A stretch of DNA of 64,000 nt from Lama glama (taxonomy: Eukaryota). The DNA lies in NCBI GenBank assembly GCA_028534125.1, contig CM052817.1, forward strand, positions 31,436,001-31,500,000, read 5' to 3'. Shown here one piece after another: positions 50,310 through 64,000 of this stretch. The first letter of the stretch is position 1. Each line of letters opens with the position of its first letter. A model generated the notes under the pieces. It worked only from the letters and a program-made list of their open reading frames with translations, ran no database searches and was not told where the DNA came from. The position numbers were made by a program, and so were the translations under genes.

Positions 50310-52970
50310 AAGTCCTGTGAAGGAAAAGCTCAGGACCAGGTGGCTTCACTGGTGAATCTCCTAAACATTTAAAGAAGAATTAACATCAAACCTGAGTTCT
50401 CAAACTCTTTCAAAAAATTTTAAGAAGTATATACTTCCAACCTCTTTTCACAAGATCAAAGTTACCCTAACACCAACGCAAGATAAGGACATTAACAAGA
50501 AAAGAAAATTAAATATCCCTGATAAATACAGATGCAAAAATCCTCAACAAAATATTAGCAGACAGAATTCAACAGCACATTAAGAGGATCATACACCATG
50601 ATCCAGTGGTATTTATCCCCAGGATATAAAAATGGTTCAACATATGCAAAACAAAATTTGATACACCACACTAATAGAATGAAGGATAAAACATCATATG
50701 ATCATCTCAGTAGATACAAAAAAAAGGCATTTGACAAAATTCAACACTCTTTCATGATGAAAAACTTTCAACAAGTTAGTTATAGAAGGAACGCACCTCA
50801 ACACAGTGAAGATCATGTATGACAAGCCCACAGCTAACAACATATTCAATGGTGAAAAGCTAAAAGCTTTTCCTCCAAGATCAGAAACAAGACAAGAATG
50901 CCCACTCTTGTCTCTTCTATTCAACACAGTACTGAAAGTCCTAGCCAAAGCAATTAGATGAGAAAAGAAAAGAAAAGGCATCCAAATTGGAATAGAGAAG
51001 TAAGACTGTCTCTGTTTGCAGATAACATTATCTTATACATAGAAAACTCTAAAGAGTCCACTAAAATGCTATTAAAATTTAAAAATTCAGTGAAGTTGCA
51101 GGATACAAACATACAAAAATCAGCTGTGTTTCTATACACTAACAATGAAATAACTGAGAGAAATTAAGAAAGCAAGTGAATTTCAATAGCATCAAAAACA
51201 TTAACATACACAGGAATAAATTTAACCAAGGAGGCAAAACATCTGCCCTCTGAAAACTATCAGACATTGATGAAAGAAACTAAAGAAGACACAAATAAAT
51301 GTAAAGAGATCCTGTGTTTATGGAGTAGAAGAATTACTATTGTTAAAAAGTCCAAAAAAAAACACAAAAAAAATTTTTAATTTCATGCTACCTAAAATGC
51401 CTAAAATGATATACAGATTAATGCAATTCCTATCAAAATTCTACCACCATTTTTCACAGAAATATAAAAAACAATCCTAAAATTCATATGGAACTACAGA
51501 AGACTCCGAATAGCCAAACAATCCTGGAAAGGAAAAATAAAGCTGGAGGCATCACACTTCCTGATTTTGAACTAAATTACAAAGCTACAGCAGTCAAAAC
51601 AATATGATACAGGCACAAAAACAGAGACATAGACCAATGAAACAGAATAGAGAGCCCAAAAATAAACGGTCAGCTAATATATGGTCAACTAATCTCTGGC
51701 ACAGGCACCAAGAACACACAATGAGGAAAAGATAATCTCTTCAATAAATGCTCCTGGGAAATTTGAATATCCATATGCAAAACAGTGAAACTAGATCCTA
51801 ACCTTACATCACACACAAAATTAACTTGAAATTGATTAAACACTTAAATGGAAGACCTGAAACCATAAAAACTGCCAGAAGAAAACATAAAGAAAAAGCT
51901 CTTTCTTGTCTTGGCAATGATTTCTTTGGATATGACACCAAAGCACAGGCCACAAAAGCAAAAATAAATAACTTAGGGCTACATAAAACAAAAAGTTTCT
52001 TCACAGCAAATGAAACAATTAACAAAATGGCAAGGCAATCTACAGAATGGGAAAAAATACTGGTAAGCCATATATCTGATAGAGAGTTAATGTCTAAAAT
52101 ATATTTATACATGCAACAAAATAGTCAAAAAGCAAAAAACCCGATTTAAAAATGGGCAGAGGGCCTGAATACACATTTTTATCAAAAAAGACATACAAAT
52201 GGCCAACAGGTACATGAAAAGGGGCTCAACATCACTGATCATCAGGTAAATGCAAATCAAAACTACCATCAATGAGATTATCACCTCACACCTGTTAGGA
52301 TGGCTACCAACAAAAATACAAGATAAACACTGGCAAGAAAGAAAAGGTGGAGAAGCAGGAACCCTTGTATATTATTGGTGGCAGTATAAATTGGTGCCAT
52401 CACTATGAAAAACAGTATGGCGGGTCCTTAAGAAATTAAAAAGAGCTGCCATATGATCCAGCAATCCCACTTCTGGATTTATGTGAAGGATATATATTTT
52501 GTATATATCTGAAGGAAACAAAATTAGTGTCTTATAGAAATATCTGCACTCCCACACGCATAGCAGCATTATTCACAATAGCCAAGATATGGAAACAACC
52601 TAAATGCCCATCAGTGGGTGAATAAATAAAGACAATGTGTTATATATACTACATACAATGGAATATTATTCAACCATAAAAAGAAGGAAATCCCAACAGC
52701 TGCAACAACATGGATGAACCTAGGAGACGTTACACTAAGTGAAACAAGCCAGGAAGAAGACGACAAACACTACATGGAATCACTTATATATGGAATCTAA
52801 AAGGGAAAAAAGTGGAACTCACAGAGAGAGTATACTGGTGGTTGCCAGGGGCTGGGGGTGGGGGGAAATGCAGAGAGATTGGTCAAAGGGTACGAATTTC
52901 AGTTACAAGATACGTTCTGAAGATCTAAGGTATAGCATGATAACTACAGTTAATAACAGAGTATGTGTAC
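50310..52970 (+). mobile_element. 5'-truncated L1: ORF2 RT and C-terminal region plus 3' UTR, frameshifted
   Basis: ORF2 remnants KAFDKIQH, LSLFADNIILYIENSK, IKHLNGRPETIK; L1 3' UTR at 52440-52970; many stops and frameshifts. Confidence 0.93.
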
Positions 52971-53494
52971 TTTAACTGGGACTAATGATTCTACCAACAT
53001 ACTGAAAATAGACACATTTGGGAACAACAGGCAGAGAAGAAAAAGAGAAAGGCTGGAGGAGATAGGGAAACAGAGTGAGAGAGAGAAAAAATTGAGAAGT
53101 GTCTCCATCATAATTTAGGACCAATAATAGAAGATTACTTTTTCTGGTATTTTCCAGAGTTATCATGCACCTCTGTCTCTTCCCAGTGATTTGACAGATA
53201 AAGAAATGAACCAAAGGATTTCTGTGATAGTTTCTGCTTATAGTGTGTGAGATGGAAAAAAGGTTAGGATTTAGTTAAAGGATGAGTCAACTCTTAACTT
53301 CCTCAATTATGATCATATGCAAGTCATTTCACTTCTCTGATGCTAATTTTCTATAAGACAATGATGGTCAGAAAATCTTTTATGACTAGATTCTCATGGG
53401 ATTCTTATGGAGATAAAATATTAATTCATGGTAACTTACTTGGAAATGGTACCTATGTAGTTATGTATGACTTTTGCAGGTGTGTATGTAATTA

Positions 53495-53986
<492 letters not shown>

Positions 53987-54026
53987 TTAACACGAAAAGG
54001 GGAACCGGAAAAAACACAGAAACTTA

Positions 54027-54272
<246 letters not shown>

Positions 54273-54927
54273 CTATAACCAAGGTCAATCTCAAAGTCAC
54301 ATGATAATACCACTGCCAGTAAAACACAGAGCAGACTTGCAACCTGCATGTAAACTGTAAAGGGTGGCTTTCCACTCGGGGGAGGATGTACCCCTTTCTA
54401 AGCTGTTACAATGCACACAAAGTGAACTGAAGGCAAGACGAAGCTGTGTAATAGGCTAATAATAACAAAGCTGGGAAGTCAAAGGTACTTAAAAAAAAAA
54501 CCCAAACCTTCCTTTACCTCTCTTCCCCCATCAGGTTTCTTTCTTTTTCAAGTTGGAAAGAGTTTAACCTGTTTAAAAGGCTTCTACCAGAAGCAACGAA
54601 GACAATCAAGTTGGATGTCTCTATTAACTCCATCTTTACTTTCCTCTGAGTGGCCAGTAAGGCCGGTGTGAACCAGGAAAGGCTCTGATTTATTTTAGAT
54701 GTAACAAGGTAATGCTTATTTTTCACTGACAGTTTTCTGTCCAATAATGAATAATGATGAAAACAGAAAATCTAGGGTTACGACAGCTATAAATATAATC
54801 ATCCAATAACCCACACTATAAACTTTAAAATAAGTTACATTCTGTGGAATTCTACACATCTAAATTGACCTTGTGATAACGGGTTCTTCTGGAGGAGAAT
54901 TAACCAGGCAACCACAAACGGAGTTAC

Positions 54928-55002
54928 CGTAGCTGAATCCGGCAGTGGTGGGTGCCCTCTTCTCCTTCGCGCTCACTGGGTACCGCAGCCTCGTGACAAG
55001 TC
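54928..55002 (-). CDS. TEC: TEC exon (SH2-kinase linker)
   Basis: 75 bp, tag|GA CTT GTC...TAC G|gtaact; encodes [24 protein letters not shown]. Confidence 0.95.
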
Positions 55003-55195
55003 CTAGACGTCAAAGGGAGCATTGCAGTTGAATTCACTCTTAATCATTCCTCGGGGAAAAGTGCTAAACTCGAAACTCACTTACAAAGTTCATCCACTTA
55101 TTCACTTAGTGTTCATTCTCTGTGTCATACAGCACTGTGCTACACGCTAGCAGAAAAATTACCAGAAAAGAAGGCAGGAAGGAAGATGATCCTAC

Positions 55196-55760
55196 TCTTG
55201 CTGAAACCAAGTCCATGTGCCTGATGCAAAGTGAGGCCAAACAAACTGAAACGTCGGAGTTCAGAGCAGAGAAAGGTTTACTGCAGGGCCAAGCAAGGCA
55301 AACGGGTAGCTTGTACTCAAAACACTCCCCAGTGGCTTACATGCAAGGGTTTTTAAAGACAGTGTGAGGGAGAGGGCCACAAGGTGTGTGATCAGTTGAT
55401 GGACCTTCTTCTGATTGGCTGGTGGTGAGGTAACAGGGTAATATTTTGGGAATCTCAGTCATCAACCTTCTGACTCCAAACAGCCCAAGTTCTACCTGCT
55501 TGTGGCCACCATGTAGTCACCATCCTCCACCCGGGTGGGGAGCTTAGTTCCTGCAGAACAGCTCAAAGATACACATCAGACTGTCATCTGTGTCTCTTCT
55601 GGAGTCCTGTGACTCTAATTATTAACTGCTTGAGGCTGTTCTTTGGAACTTAAGGAAGGCCTAGGAAACTAAAGCCTTTTGTTTTTTAATAAACAAGAAA
55701 CATGGAACGTGGAGGGGCTTTTGTATCCAATAAGGCCCCACAGAGTCCTGCTTGGTTTTG
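55196..55760 (-). mobile_element. ERV1-like solo LTR
   Basis: GAGGCCAAACAAACTGAAACGTCGGAGTT...CTGATTGGCTGGTGGTGAGGTAACAGG...GTCCTGCTTGGTTT pattern; flanked by CTAC on both sides. Confidence 0.7.
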
Positions 55761-56499
55761 CTACTCTCTAAATTAACAATTTCATATTTTTATGAAACAC
55801 AAAAAATTTTTAAAATATGTATCATTTTATTCATTCAACATTGTCTTTAAAAAATATATATGGTGTTTATCAGGCACCAAGCTAGCATACTGTCTTTGCA
55901 AACATTTTTAAAGATGTTAAAAGGTTTCCAACAGTTATTATCAATTATTATTTCATGTTCTTTTCTAGTATGAGATCTGAATTATGAAATGGAGTTACAG
56001 TAGTCTACTAAAAATTAAAGTGATTCACCTGACATAGCTCAGTAATCTTAGCATTAAAAACTTGGGCTCTACAATATTAACGACTAGGAATATCAGCTAC
56101 TGGCAATCACTGAGGTACATCAAATCCTTCAAGTTAACTTGCTTACAGCACTAAATAAGAAATCCCAGGTACCTCTCCTATAAGCACCCACAGTACTCCG
56201 TATTTCCTCTATTACTACGTATCTCATAGTAACTCCAAGCCATCATGCATTTCTCTGCCTCCCCCACCAGATGGCAAGACCTGGGAGAGACAAGGTCAAT
56301 ACCTTCTAGTTCACCATACTCCCCCTAGAGCCTGGCACAGCTCCTGGCATGCAGCGGGTGCTTAATCCATGTTTCTTAAATGAATGGAGATAATGGTGAA
56401 GCATAAAATTCTTACAAGGACAAAAAGAAAGAAATAGGGGAATGTGAACACTGAAAAAGAATAGAATAAGAGATAAGGAAAAGGTTATTTGGAGGATAA

Positions 56500-56900
56500 A
56501 CTGATATGAAACTAGTTTCTCAAATGTTTAACACAGAGTTACTATATGATCTGGCAAATCTACTCCAGGTAAGAACTCAAGAGGAATGAAACATGTTTCC
56601 ATGCAAAAACTTGTACACAAATGTTCGTAGCAGCATTACTTATGATAGTCAGAATATGGAAACAACCCAAATGGACATAAATGCGGTTTCTGGTTCTGTT
56701 CCTGGTGTCTGGTTTTTTTTCCCACTGCTAATGGACTGCTAATGGGCTCAAAATTTCTTTGCGGGGGATGGTGAAAATGATCTTGGATTATGGTGATAGT
56801 TGGTACAACTCTGTCAATATACTAATTTACAGACAGCTGAGTTGTGCACATTAAATGGATGAACTTTATGGTGTGTAATTTATGTCTCAGCAATCGTTCT
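56500..56900 (+). mobile_element. Old L1 3' fragments
   Basis: ACAGAGTTACTATATGATC...AAAACTTGTACACAAATGTTCGTAGCAGCATT...GAACTTTATGGTGTGTAATTTATGTCTCA. Confidence 0.75.
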
Positions 56901-57290
56901 ATCATTATCTGAGAAGAGTGAACCAAGTCACAAATAGCAACAGACTCTGCAAAAGCCTTTGATAAAATTTCAAAAGTTAATTTCCCATAAATTGGGTTGG
57001 ACACTCGGCTAACTCCTCCTCGGTTACATCTCTGAAGTCAAAAGCTAGAAATGTTTCTGTCTCATCCTGTGCAGCCTCAATGGGCGTAAATGTGGTCTGC
57101 GGTTTGGATCTCGGTGTTTGGTGTATTCCCACTCTGGGGTAAGTGGAGCAGAGTTCGGGAAGATGGGAAGCATCTGGGACACGAGCACTCTAGTCTTTTG
57201 AAGCCTGTAACGTAGACTAAACCTGTGCTGCTTGTTGGCAGCTTCTGTGACAACGCTGACGTTGACATGTACTGGATTTTAGGTTAGTGC

Positions 57291-57786
57291 TGTTAAAGAA
57301 GACAAAATACCCAATAAAAGATGATGTGGCAGACTTTATTTAGGACCACTGTGACAGGTATAGGGACCACTGCAATGGGATTTTAGAGTCGGGGGTGGAG
57401 CAGGGAAGATGGGCTCAACTCCAAACACAGCTGTGGGCAAATGGGAATTTACAGCCACGAAGAAAGGTGGGGATCAGTGGATGGAAAATTACTAAAAGGA
57501 ACATCAACACGGGGTGGGGGGATGGATTATCTAAACCAGCCTATTGAGATTCTTACTGAGGACAAGCCAGGGTGACCAGACTTCATCTGGAGGACAGTGG
57601 AAGATGGAGAACCTGACCAAATACTGAGGATGCTCAGATATCAAGAGCTTGAGGGTAAGGGGTTCTGGTTAAACTGACTTAGCAGGGTTCTTGCTGAAAC
57701 CATATTTTACAAGAAAGTGTACAGATGGGCCTATGAGATGGTTCAGGGGCCTGACTAAAGTTGGGTCAAGCAAAGAATCTTTGTCA
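57291..57786 (-). mobile_element. MER31-like ERV1 solo LTR
   Basis: TGTTAAAGAA...AGGTATAGGGACCACTGCAATGGGATTTT...AAAGAATCTTTGTCA; flanks GTGC / GTAC. Confidence 0.78.
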
Positions 57787-58043
57787 GTACCAAGGAAATA
57801 AACCACAGAAATGCGAGCATGTACCACATACAGTAAGAATAACTCATGTCTTGAGGTCAGGGCTTTTTTAGAGTTGATATTATTTCTGATTTTTCTTTGT
57901 ATATATCATTTCCTTAGTATGCAATCATTTTAAATCACACTCTGCAATTAGCTACAATATAAAACTGCTCAAGGAAGAATTCATCACAACGTCTAATCAA
58001 TTTTAATTACTCCCTTATATCTGAAATAGGCTTTAACGGCTCA

Positions 58044-58445
<402 letters not shown>

Positions 58446-59387
58446 TTAAAAGTCTTAAAATAACTATTAGCTAGCTACTGCTTTTTGGCCCTGCTGTTGG
58501 TGTAAACCAGCAAATGTCTAGAGGACTTACACCTCTAAAAGTGAATAAACTTGACTTATAAAGTATGTACAAATTCTACTTTAGATATCCTTCTAAAACA
58601 CAGATCTCTTGCTAAAAACCCTTTCAAGAGAACTCCTGCTGCTCTTAAAATAAAGCTTAGATTCCTTGACATTGAGATGATCTGTCCTCCACTTTTATCT
58701 CTCAGGCTTCTCTCCCCTCCCTTCACCACATCCCTCCCAGTCTACAGTCCTGCTGAAATACACTTTTGTCAGTTCACCATATCCTCCCTTGTTTCTGGGT
58801 CCAGGCAGTTTCCTGGGTCAGAAACACGCTTTCCCGTCCCCTCAACGTTTGCCTGCCTCACCCATCAGGTCTCAGCTTGGATATCACAAGACAACATTAA
58901 TGACTAACTCAGATGTGTCTGGGCTATGGACCCCCACCCCACCACACACACAGACACACAGGCACACAGGCACACACAGACACACACACTGCCCTCCCCA
59001 CACAGCACCTACTCATATATACCATCACCACCTGTCTGCTTGTCTGAAAGAAGCCCCCCTAAGCTGTTGGAGGGCTGGGTCTGTGTCTGCTTTGCTCACT
59101 ACAGTATCCTTAGTGCCTAGTGTAGCACAAAGTAATTGTCTGTTGAATGTTGCTAAAGTTTCTACTGCTATTCTGAACAAATATATATGGAAAACAATGT
59201 GGAAAACTACTAAATATGAATATAAAAATGTCATAGACTTTAGAAATCAAGTTCAGATTTTATTTTTTAATGCTGAAATGCAGCTTATTGTTTGAAAATT
59301 AGGAATCCATACAAACTATATAGGAACTTCATACAAAAACTTTGAATTTAAAAAAAAAAAAAGGAGCGAGAGAGTGGGTTTACTTAC

Positions 59388-59467
59388 CCTCCAAACTTTG
59401 TATAAAGGGAGACTGTGTACATGCCTGGATGACTGGAATCCCTTACCATAAAGCCACCTTCTTTATC
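59388..59467 (-). CDS. TEC: TEC exon (SH2, FMVRDS motif)
   Basis: 80 bp, tag|GAT AAA GAA...GGA GG|gtaagt; encodes DKEGGFMVRDSSHPGMYTVSLYTKFG. Confidence 0.96.
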
Positions 59468-60379
59468 CTAAAATCCAAGTTAAGAAAAAAATTTTCAATC
59501 CAATAGCAAATATCAACGCCATGGAGAAGATTCAAGAACCCACTCTTATGATTTTATGATTATAATCCTTTGCCCAGAAAATCTGCTTTGGAGAAGCGCA
59601 CCTTACCAATAGGTAAGTCATCCATGTGACTTTCTCCCATCAACACGACTTTCCCTTCACATTACTGGGAGTGAGATTAGTTAAAGATAGCACACTCGTA
59701 GTTTCCCACCACCACAAACACTCGTGTAAGACATTTCAACAAGATAATCTCTCAAGGCCCTTCCAGAACTAACAGAGAAGATTTTGCAATTCCTTTAAGT
59801 CCTGGACATGTGGGGAAATAGTTACTGAAAAAATGTATTTCTTAATGGCTGGGTTTCATTTCATACATTTTTCATATTTGCTGTAGGCTCTGAATCCTGA
59901 CTCGATAGCATCTTCCATCCATATAATCCATATAGCTTTCTTTCTGTAAATACCTCAGTGCTCTTCATAGGAACATTAAAAAAAAATCCTTAATTCCCTG
60001 GAAATCAATGCTAAATACCACTCTTTACAAAAGGAGAGATGGAGGCACAGCAACTTAAGCAGAGAAGACCAAAAGACAGCAGCAACACTGAATGACCAAA
60101 AGATAAATCTTCATTGGGCTGCAAGCCAAAGAGCAAGAAACAGGGGCTAGGAACCTCAAATGCCTCTCCATCAACACCACACAATCAATCTCTAGCACTG
60201 AAATTGCTTTAAAATGAAAGCGTGCTTAACAGATGAAAATAAGCTTCCTTCTTATTCCTGGTGAAGACAATGGAATCGAATAAAGCCCCACAAATAAATC
60301 CGTTAAGAACAATGAGGGACAATGATCATAATAGTTAACTGATCAGAAAAAAATATAACAGCTACACAGATTTATTGAA

Positions 60380-60570
60380 ACTGAATCCGTTTTATTATGT
60401 TCTAATGTGTGGGATTTACTCAACCCTCAAAACAGTCCTATGAGGTCAGTACTAGTGTCGTCCCCGCTTTACATTACACATAAGGAAATAGGGCACAGAA
60501 AGGTTGGGAATTTGCCCCAGGTCAAACGCTAGCAAGTAGCAGAGCCAGGATTTGGACCCCAGGCCTTCCA
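60380..60570 (-). mobile_element. MIR
   Basis: CCTATGAGGT...GGCACAGAAAGGTTGGGAATTTGCCCCAGGTCA...AGAGCCAGGATTTG. Confidence 0.7.
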
Positions 60571-61180
60571 GCTACCCATTCCCCTGGAGCTGCCTCTCAT
60601 TGTGCAGTCACCAGGGAGGCACGTGTGTTGGGGGGAGAAGGGGGGACCATGTCATTCAAATCACGCAAAGTCACCTGCTACTGCTCTCTTAACATGAACT
60701 ACAGAAATAAGTGCCCAACCTCGACTCGGGGTAACAAGCAGGAGATTCAAAGAGTGAGCATGGGTTTAAAAGACCAGGAACTAAACAGAAGAGCTAGATC
60801 ACAAATGCAGGGAACTGTACAGGTCTTCTAATCCAAACTCCTTGTCTCACAGATGTGGAGAGCAGGCTAGAGAAGTCAGGGCTACACTCAGGTGGGTCTC
60901 CTCACCCAGTCCACGAAGTTACCTCTACACTAGATTTCTTCCTTTGACTTTGTTTCTTTCTAAAGTATAACAATTTTAGCACATTTCCTCCTAAAGGCAA
61001 CTACATATTTTGTTAAAACTTCATTTATAAAAGATAGCATGGAATATTGGTGTAAATTATTTTAAAGCAACTTCAAGCAAAAAGGAAAGACACATTTACG
61101 TACTAAAATCAAGGCCACAAATGATAAATCAGTAAGAAGGAGAGTAAAGAAAATGTTACCCATGTACAGCTATTACCAAC

Positions 61181-61498
61181 TGTTATGGGTTTGCTTCCCC
61201 CTCAAAAAAGATATGCCAGGGCCCTAACCCCAGTGAAAAAGAAGTCACAGAGTGGGCCCTAGTCCATTATGACTGGAGTCCTTATAAAAGGGAAATTTGG
61301 ACACACGACCAGACGTGCGTAGAGGGAAGAAACACAGGGAAGACAGGATCCTCCCCTCACCGCCCCCAGAAGGGGAGAAGCCCACTGCCATCTAGACTTC
61401 AGACATCTAACCTCTAGATCTGTGACACAATAAATTTCTGTTGTTTAAACGGCTCAGTTTACAGGAATTTGTTATAGCAGCCCCAGGAAGCTAGTACA
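61181..61498 (+). mobile_element. MLT1-like (MaLR) solo LTR
   Basis: TGTTATGGG...CCTTATAAAAGGG...AATAAATTTCTGTTGTTTAA...TTTGTTATAGCAGCCCCAGGAAGCTAGTACA. Confidence 0.85.
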
Positions 61499-61657
61499 CC
61501 AGTCTTCACTTTAAAATGATTTTTAAAAACCCCAAAACCTGTACTTATAATATTTTTTTAGGGTTTAGAAACAGAGGTATGTGGAATTACTAATCCGGGA
61601 TGCATTACAATTAATCTGCGCTGAAACCAAACCCACAAAACAAGTACAGACACTCAC

Positions 61658-61712
61658 TTCACTTCTGAGGAGTTGCTCTGCTTTGCTTCTGTTCGTATTT
61701 CTGCAGTACCAC
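61658..61712 (-). CDS. TEC: TEC exon (SH2 start)
   Basis: 55 bp, cag|G TGG TAC TGC...AGT GAA|gtgagt; encodes WYCRNTNRSKAEQLLRSE. Confidence 0.96.
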
Positions 61713-62400
61713 CTGAAGAGAAAAGATATGTGTAAGGCCTTGGGTTTTAAAAATTATTCTTTACTCTTTTTGGAATTAGCCAGGTAATACTGCTCATCAA
61801 AAACAAACACGGTAAGTAAGGATAAGACATCATTCATAATCTCAGTGACATAAACCACCACTAGTAGCATCTGGATGTCCACACTTGCAGACGTTTCCCA
61901 TCCATATTTTTATGAAGACACATATACACCGACATTCTTACTTTTTTGTTAAAGCGGAATCAAACTATACTGGCTAGATCAGAACCTGAATTTTTCATAT
62001 AACAGTATATGACAGACATCTTGGCAAAGCAATATAGTCTGTGCAGCATGGTCTGGATGTGCCACAATTTATTTAAGCAATTCTTTATTATTTAACACAA
62101 AAATCATATTACCGTAACAGCAAGAATGAATTTTACTCCATAGACTCAAATACGCAGGAAGTGTTATTTTATATTATTGTCTTTCATTCAAATTAAATCT
62201 AATCCCAAGCCCCCACCCCACCAACAGGCAGGAGATTCCGTATCACGTCGTTACTAAGGCTCCCCCACTGAATTTCACAAAGGTCTCAAGTGTCGAAAGA
62301 AACGGAAGCAAAACAGAAGAGCTGACTTCCTGCATCTTCCAGACTTACTGGTTCTAACACAGCCCTAACCCCCACCCCCAGCAGTCATCCAAAACTCTAC

Positions 62401-63170
62401 TGTGGGAATCCCACCAGGACCAAGCAGTGGTACCTGTCCTCCACCAGGTCCTGCCACCACTATGTGCCACCACCCCAAGCCCCTGCATATGGTGTCCCTT
62501 CTTAATCCTTGGGAAATCTTTCCCAGGGAGAGAGATGCTGCCCTCTCCCTGCTTCCCAGAGCATACTCTCTCCATGGGTTATAAGCCAGCAGGCCAAAGA
62601 ACATGAACTCAGACTGTTTCCTTTGGCCTTCAGCTTTGAACTTGGACCCAGTTGTTCTGTTCGTTTGCTTTAGATGGCCTTTAGTGGACAGAGAACCCTC
62701 CACCACAGTCATAATTCCTGAGGCTTCCAATGAAGCCTTTATGAAACCAGCTGGCCCCTCTAAACGTATGAATTTTCCAGCACTGTTTCAGCCTTTTATG
62801 AAAGAACCAGCACCTGCTTTGGGCCCAGCAAACACCCTGAGACAAGGGAACATAAAGGCCTTCCCTGATCGAGGAAGGCCAAAATACAAAGAACAAAATA
62901 CAAGTTATTTTTTGGTCTGGATTCTTTTATGCAGTTGTAGTGGCCCAAACTCAATCCAAACCGACAACTATTATTTTATTTGGAGCCTGAAGTGATTCAC
63001 CAGGCCTCAAAATTGTGGGTATTGAAATGTCATTGCTGTGGACCCCACTTTCTGCACTGAGACCAAATTCAACAAAACTGCAGTTCTGATCAATTTCTGA
63101 ATGCAACTGAGAAATGTGACAAGTGAGGAGAACAGAGTGGATTCTGTCCCAAAAACATTTCTGTTGATAC
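62401..63170 (+). mobile_element. Possible old ERVL-class LTR
   Basis: TGTGGGAA start and ...TTGATACA end with LTR-like composition; family not recognised. Confidence 0.4.
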
Positions 63171-64000
63171 AAGAAGTATTTGTCAGAACACCAAAACAGT
63201 CATAAAAATTAATTACAGAAAGGCAACTGGAGCCCTCATTATGTATGATGAACCAGCAGGGCCTGAAAGATTGAAAAAAAAGTTCTCAGTATTAATTACG
63301 GGAGTGCCAACTCCACACATTCACAGTGAGGGTAAGCAATGGAGGTTTTGTCCCATATTCAGACGCAAGAGATCAGTAACCTAAATTGTGGCTTTCAAGA
63401 GGAAATCAGATATAAGACACCCAGAAGTAAAGAGGTCCTTCCCTCATCTCTGCTGTATTCAAGCTCCTGGGAAGGGGTGAAGGAAACAAGAAAAGGAATC
63501 TACGGCACAAAGGGCAGGCTCTGTGAAAAGAACCTCTGCTCCGATGGGTCCTTTTTATGGTATTTGTAGGTTCCCCGATGCTTTCCCTCCACAGGATATA
63601 CACTCAGACCCTAAAGGATCTGTTGACGGAAGGAAAGCAGGAAGGCATGATGAACAAATCAAGAGATGAATCAACGCATGGTGCGTATGTCCTAACGGTT
63701 CTGCGCGGCCTCTCTCCCTCTTCTAAGACACCCACTGCCAGGCACTCGGGGAAAGACAAGAGCGGCTCTACTGAGTCGTCCTGTTGGGAAGAACCACACC
63801 CCCAGGCAGAACATGAAGGAGCCCACGTGGTGAGCAGAGGGGAGCTGCCGCCCAGATGCCAGCCCGCGTGCGTCTCTCACGAGCACATCACAGAAACACC
63901 TGTTGGAGGCTAGTCAGCGCCTTTTGCGGAAGGAACGACAGGCCTCCAGAAAGATGCCTAGGACTCGTAAGTAACTTGTCATTCTGTTCCTAGATATCAA

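Noticed and set aside
50598..52149. Functional reverse transcriptase gene
   Set aside because: Fragmented L1 ORF2 with many stops and frameshifts, 5'-truncated.

Overview
Mammalian genomic DNA containing the tandem TEC-family kinase pair TEC and TXK (RLK), both on the minus strand. The right part holds the last ten exons of TEC (SH2 and kinase domains, stop codon at 44752-44754). The left part holds the first eight coding exons of TXK (ATG at 40623-40625; cysteine string, proline-rich region, SH3, SH2), and TXK continues beyond the left edge. All 18 exons have canonical GT/AG splice sites at their internal boundaries and join in frame. The rest is intron and intergenic sequence filled with L1, L2, MIR, MER and LTR repeats. 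tRNA-Ala-derived SINEs, with no Alu, B1/B2, BovB or Can-SINE seen, point to a camelid (inference). I see no new multi-gene system here. The most interesting details are (1) an LTR between TEC and TXK that keeps part of its primer-binding site, (2) an in-frame upstream ATG and an overlapping uORF in TXK exon 1, (3) no internal Met available for a short TXK isoform, (4) a CTCF/STAT/RUNX/AP-1 motif cluster in TXK intron 1, and (5) an unclassified 480-bp insertion. Repeat family names come from recall of consensus sequences, not from a search, and boundaries of old repeats are approximate.
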